Shown: positions 12,003-20,952 of the stretch, piece after piece
Layout of the letters: each line of letters begins with the position of its first letter
Numbering within the stretch: the stretch's first letter is position 1
NCBI GenBank assembly: GCA_028716745.1
Contig: JAQUPE010000001.1
Span: 30,203-94,202, forward strand
Direction of reading: 5' to 3'
Source of the DNA: Minisyncoccota bacterium
GTDB taxonomy: Bacteria; Patescibacteriota; Minisyncoccia; UBA6257; 02-FULL-45-10c
DNA length: 64,000 nucleotides
The notes under the pieces: generated by a model
Told to the model about the DNA's origin: nothing
Seen by the model: the letters and a program-made list of their open reading frames with translations, nothing else
Database searches by the model: none
Program-made: the position numbers and the translations under genes

Positions 12003-12434
12003 ATGGCTATTTTAAGCGATAGAGATAAAAAACAATTATTGCCGGCTTTTTTGTGGGCGGCTTTACTCACTGTTATTTCCTTAATTTGGTCGGTGGTATT
12101 GGCTTATGGCCTTACTGTTATAAGTGATAAGGGAAATATTGAAGGAATCGGAGCTATTTTGTTTGTGATAAGCATTCTTTTCCCGATTGTATATTATCCT
12201 CTTATTTTGTATTTCGCTTTAAAAAATATTTCTAAAAAATTACCAATGTATGAATATAGGCACAAATTATTTTTTTGCTCTTATATAGTAGGATTTTTAA
12301 TTATTATTGGAACAATAATTAGTTCTATATCTGAAAGAAAATTTGTTTTAGGCGAGATTGGTATTTTACCATTGATTATTTCTTTTATAGTCCCGGCTAT
12401 TTATAAGCCCAAAGATGATAGCTCTAGCAAATAA
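12003..12434 (+). CDS. 4-TM hypothetical membrane protein
   Basis: Four hydrophobic segments; -10-like TAAAAT just upstream. Confidence 0.7.
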   Translation: MAILSDRDKKQLLPAFLWAALLTVISLIWSVVLAYGLTVISDKGNIEGIGAILFVISILFPIVYYPLILYFALKNISKKLPMYEYRHKLFFCSYIVGFLIIIGTIISSISERKFVLGEIGILPLIISFIVPAIYKPKDDSSSK

Positions 12435-12481
12435 ATTTTCCAAAATCGCCATGGTGGCGATTTTTTGTTATTATATAAAAT

Positions 12482-12934
12482 ATGAACAATAAAAAAGGAT
12501 TTTCTACATTAGAAGTAATTGTGTTGGCAGTCATTATTTTGGCTATAGGCGGGGGAGTTTATTATTGGCAAAACCAAAAAAATAATTCAGCAACCGAGCC
12601 ATTGGCTGGAGAGAATAAGAATATTTATACAAAGTGTTTTAAGCAAATATTTTCTGATAACAGCATTATTTCTGCTAAATTTACCTTTGCCGAGAATTCC
12701 GTTGAGGGTCCATTGTCTTATTTATGGGCGCAAAAAGATAATAGCATAGGTATTTTTAAGGGAATGTTGAAAGAGGGTCTTATTGTTGGGGATTATACTT
12801 TTATGTCTGAGGGTCAGGAATCTTTGGGAAAATCAGCTTTTCGTTATGATGGTAAGTCATTGATCCAGGGGTTCGGTCCTAACTTAGACGAGTTTAGCGG
12901 GGCAGTTACTTTAAATGAGGTGCCTTGCGAGTAA
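12482..12934 (+). CDS. Prepilin-type N-terminal protein
   Basis: NKKGF-STLEVIV class III signal (G|F, E5). Confidence 0.75.
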   Translation: MNNKKGFSTLEVIVLAVIILAIGGGVYYWQNQKNNSATEPLAGENKNIYTKCFKQIFSDNSIISAKFTFAENSVEGPLSYLWAQKDNSIGIFKGMLKEGLIVGDYTFMSEGQESLGKSAFRYDGKSLIQGFGPNLDEFSGAVTLNEVPCE

Positions 12935-12960
12935 TAATTTTCTTGGATTAATAATCAAAT

Positions 12961-13296
12961 ATGGCAGTTATTTTAACCGACGAAAATTTTGAAAAAGAAA
13001 TATCCAGCGCCGACAAACCGGCACTGGTTGATTTTTTTGCGCCATGGTGCGAGCCATGCAATATGCTTGCGCCGATACTAGAAAAGGTGGCTAAGGATTT
13101 GGAGGGGAAATTTATTTTTATGAAAGCTAATTTAGACGACGTTCCTTTGGCGGCTCAAAAGTTCGGAGTAGAGGTAATTCCAACAGTCATTTTATTTAGA
13201 GATAATAGGCCCATCAGCGGTTTTACCGGGTTGGCGCCGGAAGATGCCATTAAGGAATGGCTTGAAAAAATGATAAAAGAAAAAATAGTAATATAA
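12961..13296 (+). CDS. trxA: Thioredoxin
   Basis: LVDFFAPWCEPC, IPT; variant WCEPC active site. Confidence 0.92.
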   Translation: MAVILTDENFEKEISSADKPALVDFFAPWCEPCNMLAPILEKVAKDLEGKFIFMKANLDDVPLAAQKFGVEVIPTVILFRDNRPISGFTGLAPEDAIKEWLEKMIKEKIVI

Positions 13297-13302
13297 ATAA
13301 TT

Positions 13303-13572
13303 ATGGAGGAAAATAATAAAGAAAAATTAATAAAAGAATACGTTGAATATGCTAAAAGCAACGGCATCCAATTAAATCCCGACGCAAGAGTTGTCGAGGG
13401 GATAGTCGGCGGTTTATTAAAGAACGAAGAAAAATATGGAAAAAGGTATTGTCCGTGCAGGAGAGTTTCCGGAAACCAAGAGGAGGATTTAAAGAAGATT
13501 TGTCCCTGCTATTATCACAAGGGCGAAATTGAAAAAGACGGACGCTGTTTTTGCGGATTATTTGTAAAGTAA
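13303..13572 (+). CDS. Ferredoxin:thioredoxin reductase catalytic (beta) subunit-like
   Basis: YCPCR...ICPC...CFCGLF; adjacent to thioredoxin. Confidence 0.9.
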   Translation: MEENNKEKLIKEYVEYAKSNGIQLNPDARVVEGIVGGLLKNEEKYGKRYCPCRRVSGNQEEDLKKICPCYYHKGEIEKDGRCFCGLFVK

Positions 13573-13578
13573 TTTTAA

Positions 13579-14040
13579 ATGGCATTAAAAGTTCCTTTCT
13601 ATAAACAAAGCGCTAATTATACATGCGGTCCCACCTGCCTACAGATGGTTTTTAAGTTTAACGGAATATTTAAAAGCGAGAAAAAGTTAGCCAAAGAGGC
13701 TCATACGCGCTCTCGGCATGGAACATATCGTCGGCATATGGCAGAAGCAGCGCGTAAAAATGGATTTTTTTGTTTTATTAAAAGCGGTTCTTCTCTTAAA
13801 GATATTGAAAAATTTATAAGGCTAAAATTTCCTATAATAGTTTATTTTATTGAACCCGCAGATAATATTGAGCATTATGCCGTAATTATAGGGTTGGATA
13901 AAAATAAAATTATTATGAACGATCCCTGGAACGGAAAGGGATTTAAAATGAATAAAATGGAATTTTTATCAAGATGGAAAAGCGAAAATGGCAGAATAAA
14001 TAAATGGATGATGGTTGCCTCAAAAACCGGATTTAATTGA
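13579..14040 (+). CDS. Peptidase C39-like cysteine peptidase
   Basis: VPFYKQ...TCGPTCL, HYAVI.G.D, DPW.G. Confidence 0.85.
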   Translation: MALKVPFYKQSANYTCGPTCLQMVFKFNGIFKSEKKLAKEAHTRSRHGTYRRHMAEAARKNGFFCFIKSGSSLKDIEKFIRLKFPIIVYFIEPADNIEHYAVIIGLDKNKIIMNDPWNGKGFKMNKMEFLSRWKSENGRINKWMMVASKTGFN

Positions 14041-14070
14041 AAAATAACGCCATTTGTTTTATAATATATC

Positions 14071-14143
14071 CGCGGGATGGAGCAGTAGTTAGCTCGTCTG
14101 GCTCATAACCAGAAGGTCGTTGGTGCAATTCCAACTCCCGCAA
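14071..14143 (+). tRNA. Initiator tRNA-fMet(CAT), atypical
   Basis: C1:A72 mismatch (CGCGGGA/TCCCGCA), TGGAGCAG D-arm, anticodon CAT; anticodon stem TCTGG/CCAGA; T-loop TGCAATT. Confidence 0.92.
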
Positions 14144-14279
14144 CCGCGAAAAATGCGCTAAAGCGCATCTCGCGGCAGGCCATCAGAAATGGACTGACGC
14201 GGAATAAGCCCCCACAATTGTGGGGGGTTTATTTTATGCGAGCCCCGCGATAAAATCCTCAGATTTTATTTTGCGGGGC
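14144..14279. repeat. Cluster of GC-rich palindromes between the tRNA and the GIY-YIG gene
   Basis: CCGCGA..ATGCGCTAAAGCGCAT..TCGCGG; CCCCCACAATTGTGGGGG; GCCCCGCGATAAAATC..GATTTTATTTTGCGGGGC. Confidence 0.75.
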
Positions 14280-14299
14280 AAGTAATTTATAATTTAGTA

Positions 14300-14563
14300 A
14301 TGCATTATGTATATTTGTTAGAAAATATTGAAAATAAAAATTGGTATATAGGATTCACAGAAAACATTAAGAGAAGACTATTTGAGCATAATAATGGAAG
14401 GGGCGGACGGACAACAAGAATTGGTAAATCATGGAAAATGATATATTGCGAGGTTTATTTGAATAAAGAAGATGCTGTGGGTAGAGAGAAATTTTTAAAG
14501 GGTGGATCTGGAAGAAAATATTTAAAAAAGCAGTTGACTCATTATTTAAAAAATATAGAATAG
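14300..14563 (+). CDS. Small GIY-YIG nuclease (YhbQ/UPF0213-like)
   Basis: YVYLL...WYIGFT..I.RRL.EHN, A..RE..LK. Confidence 0.92.
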   Translation: MHYVYLLENIENKNWYIGFTENIKRRLFEHNNGRGGRTTRIGKSWKMIYCEVYLNKEDAVGREKFLKGGSGRKYLKKQLTHYLKNIE

Positions 14564-14645
14564 TTTGACTTTTTATGTAAAATGTTTTAATATAAATATA
14601 ATTTGTAAGTTGACAGCATAATACAATCAAGTAAGGGGAGGGCGG

Positions 14646-15200
14646 ATGTTAAAGGGAGTAAAGAAGGTTTCAAAGGAGTACCATTCTCGGATCGGAAGCG
14701 AAATAGAAAAAAGGAGGGGTTCGGAATTTACCTATGAGGACATTACCAAGGCAACGGGGCTAGGCGTTAATACGGTTTGCTGCTGCCTTTCGCAATTCCT
14801 CAGGAAGGGGTTTCTCAACCGCGTTGGCCGTATAACCAGGAAGCCGAGAAATCTCAGGCTTTCCATATTTCGGCAAAGAAAACCTTTGCTGAAAATCGCT
14901 CCCGCAGGAAACGTCGCCGAAGAAGTCTGGCAGATATTCCAGGGCGTTCTGGAAAAAGAAGGCAGCCACTCATACATTTCCGCAAAGGAAATATGGGAAA
15001 GGACAAATGGCTGCAACAGAAAGAGCGTTCGGGGAGTGGTGTCCAGATTGTACTTATTAGGGTACCTCGAGAGATGGAAATCAAAATATTGCCTGAAGGC
15101 GCAGTATAGAGGCATGTCTAGACCTCTCGTGGTCAGCAAGCCCAAATACATCACCGTCCCGCTGGTGCAGCCGCAATACGCAGCCGCGGTCTCCCAGTAG
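14646..15200 (+). CDS. Basic protein with two winged-HTH-like domains (orphan cassette)
   Basis: FTYEDITKATGLGVNTV...L and ISAKEIWE...SVRGVVSRL...GYLER; SD GGGGAGGG; terminator near 15227..15252. Confidence 0.7.
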   Translation: MLKGVKKVSKEYHSRIGSEIEKRRGSEFTYEDITKATGLGVNTVCCCLSQFLRKGFLNRVGRITRKPRNLRLSIFRQRKPLLKIAPAGNVAEEVWQIFQGVLEKEGSHSYISAKEIWERTNGCNRKSVRGVVSRLYLLGYLERWKSKYCLKAQYRGMSRPLVVSKPKYITVPLVQPQYAAAVSQ

Positions 15201-15398
15201 TTTCAGAGTTTTTTAAAAGTTTCACTCCCGCGTCACAAGCGCGGGATTTTTTTGTTTTAAAAAAGTTATTAACATATTGATTTATTTCAGCGTTAACGTA
15301 TATTTTTCTAGTGAAGTTATGAAAAATTTATTTTTGCAATAACTTAATAATAAATTAGTTTTTTTAAAGATTATTTTGGATGGAAAAGGAGGCGGTGA

Positions 15399-15788
15399 AT
15401 GCAAAGCGACTGTGTCGAAGGTTCTAAATCCCTCAAAGGGGGATATGTTCCTTTGAGGGAAGGGCTGGATTTCAAAGGCAGCGCTGTGGGAGTTGTCCGG
15501 ATGATTTTTCAGGAAATCGACAGGCCTCTTTTTGAAGAGGATATTCTCTGCTATGCCGAGATTTTTTCAAAAAAGAAATTCGGTGCGGCAAGAATAAAAA
15601 CTGCAATTTCCTGCCTGAATCAACAGGGCGCTTTTGAAAGAATCGGAAATAAATATTGTTTGAAAAGCGAATTTTCAAACAAAAAAGTTTCCGAAACAGC
15701 AGGAAAGAAGACAAAGGAAGTTGTCGTGGAGGCGACAGAGTTGGCCAGCGTTGGTTTGGCGTTAACCAGCGCCCCCGTGACGGCCTGA
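15399..15788 (+). CDS. Winged-HTH-like hypothetical protein (orphan cassette)
   Basis: IKTAISCLNQQGAFERIGNKYCLK resembles the second domain of 14646..15200 (LERWKSKYCLK); SD AAGGAGG. Confidence 0.65.
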   Translation: MQSDCVEGSKSLKGGYVPLREGLDFKGSAVGVVRMIFQEIDRPLFEEDILCYAEIFSKKKFGAARIKTAISCLNQQGAFERIGNKYCLKSEFSNKKVSETAGKKTKEVVVEATELASVGLALTSAPVTA

Positions 15789-15950
15789 ATTAATACTCGA
15801 TTTGGTATCCTCGTTGCACAGCAGCGCGAGGATATTTTTTTACCTAAATATTGCCTGTACATTATAAGTTACTATTAACATATGCTATACAAGTTAAAAA
15901 CGCGTTTAATTTGTCAAAACCCGCTTAATTCATTATTATTTTAAATAAGA

Positions 15951-16023
15951 GCCGGCGTAGCTCAGTGGTTAGAGCGAGCGCTTCATAAGCGTTAGGTCGG
16001 TAGTTCAATTCTACCCGCCGGCA
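15951..16023 (+). tRNA. tRNA-Met(CAT), probably elongator (Ile2 not excluded)
   Basis: Acceptor GCCGGCG/CGCCGGC, anticodon loop TTCATAA. Confidence 0.9.
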
Positions 16024-16072
16024 CAGATAACTTTTTGTAAAAGACCCACAAATCTCTTATACTTTTAATATT

Positions 16073-16741
16073 GTGATAAAGAGCCATCCGATTAGATTTA
16101 TAATCATATTTTTGATATTGGCGGCAGCCGCCTTTGTTTTATTTGATAAGAAAAACACAACGGTTTATTCAATTCCATTTTTATCAATGGAAGAGAAGAA
16201 TAGCATGGCGGGAACGCTGGATAAGGTTAGAGAGGCCGGAGGAGAGGGGGTCGATGTTGTTTCCGAAAAAGCTACTCAGGCTAAAGATGCGGTAATAAAT
16301 AAGGGCAATGAAGTTGTTTCTGGCGCTGTGAAGGCAGTTAAAAAACAGGCTTTTGATTTATTTAAAAAAACAGTAAATGAAGAAATAGATAACTTAGGCA
16401 AGGATTTGAAAGTGGAGTCCAGGGCTCCTTCTTCAATAGATAATACGGCTAGCATTATAAATGTAGCGGGCGGGAGCGATTCAGTAGAAACTCATCCGGA
16501 GGTGATTTTTTCAATACAGCCTAATTCTTTGGCTTATTTTACGATTAAAAATATTGAAGAAGAAAATATAAAATTTGAAATTAATTGGCAGGATGGCGAA
16601 TCTAAGAACGGGACGATAAATAAGGGAGATACCATGATTTTATCCCATGGATGGAGCAAAAGCGGCAATTATTTGGTAGAATTCAAGATAATCACAACAA
16701 AAGAAACGAAGGGATATAATATCCCGGTAACAATATTTTAA
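16073..16741 (+). CDS. Membrane-anchored protein with C-terminal PKD/Ig-like domain
   Basis: N-terminal TM helix; INWQDG...HGWSKSGNYLV. Confidence 0.7.
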   Translation: MIKSHPIRFIIIFLILAAAAFVLFDKKNTTVYSIPFLSMEEKNSMAGTLDKVREAGGEGVDVVSEKATQAKDAVINKGNEVVSGAVKAVKKQAFDLFKKTVNEEIDNLGKDLKVESRAPSSIDNTASIINVAGGSDSVETHPEVIFSIQPNSLAYFTIKNIEEENIKFEINWQDGESKNGTINKGDTMILSHGWSKSGNYLVEFKIITTKETKGYNIPVTIF

Positions 16742-16743
16742 AT

Positions 16744-17766
16744 ATGGGAACAAAGGTTCAAGAAATAAAAAATAAGTTTTTAAAAGCAATTGAGGGGATT
16801 AAAGACGCAAAGTCCCTGGAGGATCTTCGTATTCAATATCTTGGACGAAAGGGGGAGATAACTAATTTATTAAAGCATTTGAAGGATATGTCTTTAGAAG
16901 AAAGACGGCATGCTGGTCCGATGATTCAGCGTTTAAAAATAGAAACCGAAGAATTGCTTAATAAAAAATTATCGGATTTGGCAAAAAGCAGAGGAGATAT
17001 TTCGGAAATAGACATTACAATTCCGGGAAAGAAAATAACAGTTGGGCATTACCATCCTTTATCTATAGTGGAGAAAGATATTCGCAGGATTTTTAAGGCG
17101 ATGAATTTTTCAATTGTTGATGGCCCGGAGATTGAAACTGAATATTATAATTTTGACGCTTTGAATATTCCCAAGAGTCATCCTGCGCGTGATATGTGGG
17201 ATACTTTTTGGCTTAAGCAGTCCGTCCCGGATCCAAGATTATTATTAAGGACGCACACTTCGCCGGTGCAGATACGTTATATGGAAACGCATGAACCGCC
17301 GTTTCAGATAATCGTTCCTGGAAAAACTTTTAGGTTTGAAGCGACAGATGCTTCTCACGAAATAGTTTTTCATCAGGTGGAGGGATTAATGGTTGGTAAA
17401 GATGTCAGTTTGGCAAATTTTAAATTTGTTATTCAGGAATTTTTTAAGAGGCTTTTCGGAAAAAATTTAGAGGTCAGATTCAGGCCGAGTTATTTTCCGT
17501 TTGTTGAGCCTGGATTAGAGGTGGATTTACAGTGCGTAAAATGCGGAGGGAAGGGATGCAATATTTGCGGAAACAGCGGCTGGCTGGAAATCATGGGCGC
17601 CGGGATGGTTCATCCTAAGGTGTTTGAGGCCGCCCACTATAATCCGCGCGAATGGCAGGGATTTGCCTTTGGTTTTGGTCTGGAAAGGATAGCTATGATT
17701 AAATACAATATTCCGGATATAAGACTGTTTAATTCCGGAGATTTGAGGTTTATTAACCAATTTTAA
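16744..17766 (+). CDS. pheS: Phenylalanine-tRNA ligase alpha subunit
   Basis: HPARDMWDTF, LRTHTSPVQ, YFPFVEP, GFAFG.GLER. Confidence 0.98.
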   Translation: MGTKVQEIKNKFLKAIEGIKDAKSLEDLRIQYLGRKGEITNLLKHLKDMSLEERRHAGPMIQRLKIETEELLNKKLSDLAKSRGDISEIDITIPGKKITVGHYHPLSIVEKDIRRIFKAMNFSIVDGPEIETEYYNFDALNIPKSHPARDMWDTFWLKQSVPDPRLLLRTHTSPVQIRYMETHEPPFQIIVPGKTFRFEATDASHEIVFHQVEGLMVGKDVSLANFKFVIQEFFKRLFGKNLEVRFRPSYFPFVEPGLEVDLQCVKCGGKGCNICGNSGWLEIMGAGMVHPKVFEAAHYNPREWQGFAFGFGLERIAMIKYNIPDIRLFNSGDLRFINQF

Positions 17767-17769
17767 ATT

Positions 17770-18138
17770 ATGGAAAATTATAAAGTAGAAAAAGAAAAAT
17801 CTTTATTAGAAAGAACAAGAGAAGAATTTGTGGAAAAGATTAAGGCCGAAAAAGAAAAAGGAGAAGACAGGGGAAATCTTGATTTGTTGGGTATTAATCC
17901 CGACAGCATTACTGAAGAAGATGCCAAGCTTTGGAATAGGCTTAAAAATGTATCTACCTTGGAAGAAGGAATGAAAATTAAAAATGAATTAATGAGGGCT
18001 CAGTTTGAGGCTGTGTCTAAGTCTGCTAATTTGACATCGCCATTTTGGGCTTATTTTGCGAATCAAGTAACGGGCATAGTTCAAAAGATGGAGCTTGATG
18101 AGTTGTATGGGCCAGAAGAAAAGAAGCAGCCAAAATAA
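17770..18138 (+). CDS. Hypothetical protein inserted between pheS and pheT
   Basis: 122-aa charged ORF with 3-nt gaps on both sides. Confidence 0.7.
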   Translation: MENYKVEKEKSLLERTREEFVEKIKAEKEKGEDRGNLDLLGINPDSITEEDAKLWNRLKNVSTLEEGMKIKNELMRAQFEAVSKSANLTSPFWAYFANQVTGIVQKMELDELYGPEEKKQPK

Positions 18139-18141
18139 ATT

Positions 18142-20115
18142 ATGAAATTTAATTTTTCTTTAATTAAAAAATTAGCGCCTGGAAATTACAGCAAGGCGGA
18201 ATTGGTGGAGAAGCTAAACACTTATTCTTTTGAGACTGTCGATTTGGGCGGAGATGTTTTGGATATTTCAATTACTCCAAATCGTTATGCCGATGCCGCG
18301 TCGCATTTTGGAATAGCGCGCGAAGTAGCAGCTATTTATGGGTCTTCTTTGAAGCTTCCGGATATAAATAAGCTTAAATTTGATTTTAAGGACGAAGGGA
18401 TGTTTTCGATAAATATTAAAGAGAAAAAAATGTGCCCTCGTTATATGGCCTGCTATGTGACTGACGTTAAAATAGGTCCTTCGCCGAAATGGATAAAAGA
18501 AATTTTGGAAAGCTGCGGATTGCGTTCAATAAATAATGTTGTCGATGTCATGAACTATGTGATGATTGAAACAGGCCAGCCGCTGCATGCTTTTGATGCG
18601 GAAAAAGTCAGCGGGGGAATAATCGTCAGGCGGGCCGAAGAAAAAGAAATTATTAAAACAATAGATGATCAGGAATTTACTTTAAATAAAAATGTTTTGG
18701 TAATTTCTGATACCGAAAGGGCATTGGCGATAGCTGGAATTAAGGGCGGAAAGTTTAGCGAGGTGACAATGAATACCAAAAAACTTTTGGTGGAAGCGGC
18801 TAATTTTGAAGGAACCTCAATATATAATTCTTCGCGCCAGCTTAATTTAAAAACCGATGCATCGGTTGTCTTTTCTCATAATTTGAGCCCCGAGCTTACG
18901 GAAATCGGAATGAAAAGAGCTTTGCAATTATTAAAAGAATTGGCTGGGGCAAAAATTTTCAGAATTGACGATGTTTATCCTAAAAAACAGCCGAAGAAAA
19001 TTATTAAATTAGAATTGGCCAAGCTAGACAAGCTGATAGGGGTGAAATTTAAGGAGGCAGATATAAGCAAAACCTTAAAGGCGCTCGGATTTTCTCTGTA
19101 TAAAAAAATGTGGGTAGTTCCTCCTTTAAGGATGGACATTAATAATTTTGAGGATATAGCCGAAGAAGTGGTGAGATTTATGAATTATAATAAGCTTCCG
19201 TTTACTCCTCCTCATGTTTCGATGGGGGTTGCCGAAGAAGATGAAATAATAGTTTTAAAGGACAAAATAAGGAAGTTTTTGACAGGAACCGGGTTTAGCG
19301 AGGTTTATAATTATTCTTTTTCGTCTAAAGAGGAAATGAATTCGGCGCCGACCGATGTTTTTGGCACTTCAAAATCAATAGCTATGGCAAATCCTATCAG
19401 CAGCCAGATGGCATTTTTGCGCGACAGCTTGGCGCCCGGTTTGCAGAAAAATTTGAAAGATAATTTAAGATTTTATGAAGAGGTAAGAATATTTGAAATA
19501 GGAAAAATATTCGGCGAGCTTGAGAGCGGGCAGGCGCGAGAAAAATTATCCTTAGGAATAGCTATATCTTCAAAAAATAATATATTTGAACTCAAGGGGT
19601 TGATAGATGCTCTGTTTGGAGAGCTGGGCCTTATAGATTATTTCATGCCTGATCTTGATTTGCCGTCCAGACTTTTGAAGTCCGGAGGAGCTTTAAGAAT
19701 TGAAACCGGCGACCATGTTGTTTTGGGCTATATCGGTTTAATTAATGGGCAGAGAAGATCGGCAATTATTGAATTGAATTTGGAAAAATTATTGGAAGCG
19801 GTAGTGGAAGAAAAAGAATATGAGCCGCCGTCTAAATATCCTTCTATTATAAGAGACATTTCATTATTGGTGCCGAAAACCGTGAGGGTAGGAGAGATTT
19901 TAAAGCTTATACAGGATGTCAGCCAGGAATTAGTTGACGATGTTGACTTGGTGGACTTCTATGAAGATGAAAAGCTTGGAGAGGGGAGAAAAAGCCTGAC
20001 TTTTAGGATAGTTTTTCTTTCTGAAGACAGAACATTGACTGATGATGAGGTAAACAAAGAGATGGCTATGATTAATCAGGTGATAGAGGAGAAGTTTGAC
20101 GCCGAATTAAGGTAG
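18142..20115 (+). CDS. pheT: Phenylalanine-tRNA ligase beta subunit (short form lacking the B2 OB domain)
   Basis: ITPNR.D, INNVVDVMNYVM.ETGQPLHAFD, C-terminal FDX-ACB (RDIS...KSLTFRI). Confidence 0.96.
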   Translation: MKFNFSLIKKLAPGNYSKAELVEKLNTYSFETVDLGGDVLDISITPNRYADAASHFGIAREVAAIYGSSLKLPDINKLKFDFKDEGMFSINIKEKKMCPRYMACYVTDVKIGPSPKWIKEILESCGLRSINNVVDVMNYVMIETGQPLHAFDAEKVSGGIIVRRAEEKEIIKTIDDQEFTLNKNVLVISDTERALAIAGIKGGKFSEVTMNTKKLLVEAANFEGTSIYNSSRQLNLKTDASVVFSHNLSPELTEIGMKRALQLLKELAGAKIFRIDDVYPKKQPKKIIKLELAKLDKLIGVKFKEADISKTLKALGFSLYKKMWVVPPLRMDINNFEDIAEEVVRFMNYNKLPFTPPHVSMGVAEEDEIIVLKDKIRKFLTGTGFSEVYNYSFSSKEEMNSAPTDVFGTSKSIAMANPISSQMAFLRDSLAPGLQKNLKDNLRFYEEVRIFEIGKIFGELESGQAREKLSLGIAISSKNNIFELKGLIDALFGELGLIDYFMPDLDLPSRLLKSGGALRIETGDHVVLGYIGLINGQRRSAIIELNLEKLLEAVVEEKEYEPPSKYPSIIRDISLLVPKTVRVGEILKLIQDVSQELVDDVDLVDFYEDEKLGEGRKSLTFRIVFLSEDRTLTDDEVNKEMAMINQVIEEKFDAELR

Positions 20116-20154
20116 CATTGACCAGCGGATTAAAATAATATAATATTTAAACTT

Positions 20155-20484
20155 ATGTTAATGATCAGATTACAGCGCAGAGGCAAAAAACACCAGGCGA
20201 CTTTTCGTTTGGTTGTCGGCGAAAAAAGATCAAAACTTAAAGGCGAGCAGCTTGAAGAATTAGGCTGGTTTGACCCTAACCAAAATAAATCTAGTTTTAA
20301 TAAAGAAAGAATTTCTTATTGGCTTGGAGTTGGCGCGAAATTATCAGTAACTGCTAACAATGTTTTGGTAGACGCCAAAGTTATCAATGGAAAGAAATTA
20401 GCGGCTCATAAAAACTCTAAAAAGAAAGAAGGGGAGAAAGAAGCTGCAAAACCGGCTGAAGCAGCAGCTGCTCCAGCAGCGTAA
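20155..20484 (+). CDS. rpsP: 30S ribosomal protein S16
   Basis: MLMIRLQRRGKKHQ..FRLVV. Confidence 0.97.
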   Translation: MLMIRLQRRGKKHQATFRLVVGEKRSKLKGEQLEELGWFDPNQNKSSFNKERISYWLGVGAKLSVTANNVLVDAKVINGKKLAAHKNSKKKEGEKEAAKPAEAAAAPAA

Positions 20485-20584
20485 ATATTGACAAAATAGC
20501 AAATTTCTGCTATAATTCAGTTATTAAAAAGTAAATCAGTAATACAAGAAAGGTCGTAAGAAAAGTAATTTAAGCGATTCTGAA

Positions 20585-20896
20585 ATGACAAAAAATCCAT
20601 CAGATCAGGAATTCTTGGAATTTCTCGTGAAATCCATCGTAGAAAATCCTGACAAGGTACAAGTGGAACGCAAAGTTGATGAAATGGGCGTGCTCCTTAC
20701 TTTAAAGGTTGCTGCTCAGGACATGGGCTTAATTGTTGGCCGTGAAGGTTCAACAGCTAAAGCCATCCGTTCCCTCTTGAGGATAGTCGGTATTAGAAAT
20801 AATGCCCGCGTTAATCTCAAGATTGAAGAGCCGGAGGGTTCTACTCGCGCTCCTAGAGAGCCGAGAAGCGAAGCCCCTTCCGATTCCAAATTCTAA
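20585..20896 (+). CDS. khpA: KH-domain RNA-binding protein KhpA
   Basis: DMGLIVGREGSTAKAIR; located between rpsP and trmD. Confidence 0.9.
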   Translation: MTKNPSDQEFLEFLVKSIVENPDKVQVERKVDEMGVLLTLKVAAQDMGLIVGREGSTAKAIRSLLRIVGIRNNARVNLKIEEPEGSTRAPREPRSEAPSDSKF

Positions 20897-20952
20897 GATT
20901 TAGAAAACAAAAAACTCCGCAATGCGGAGTTTTTTGATATAATAAAACCTAT

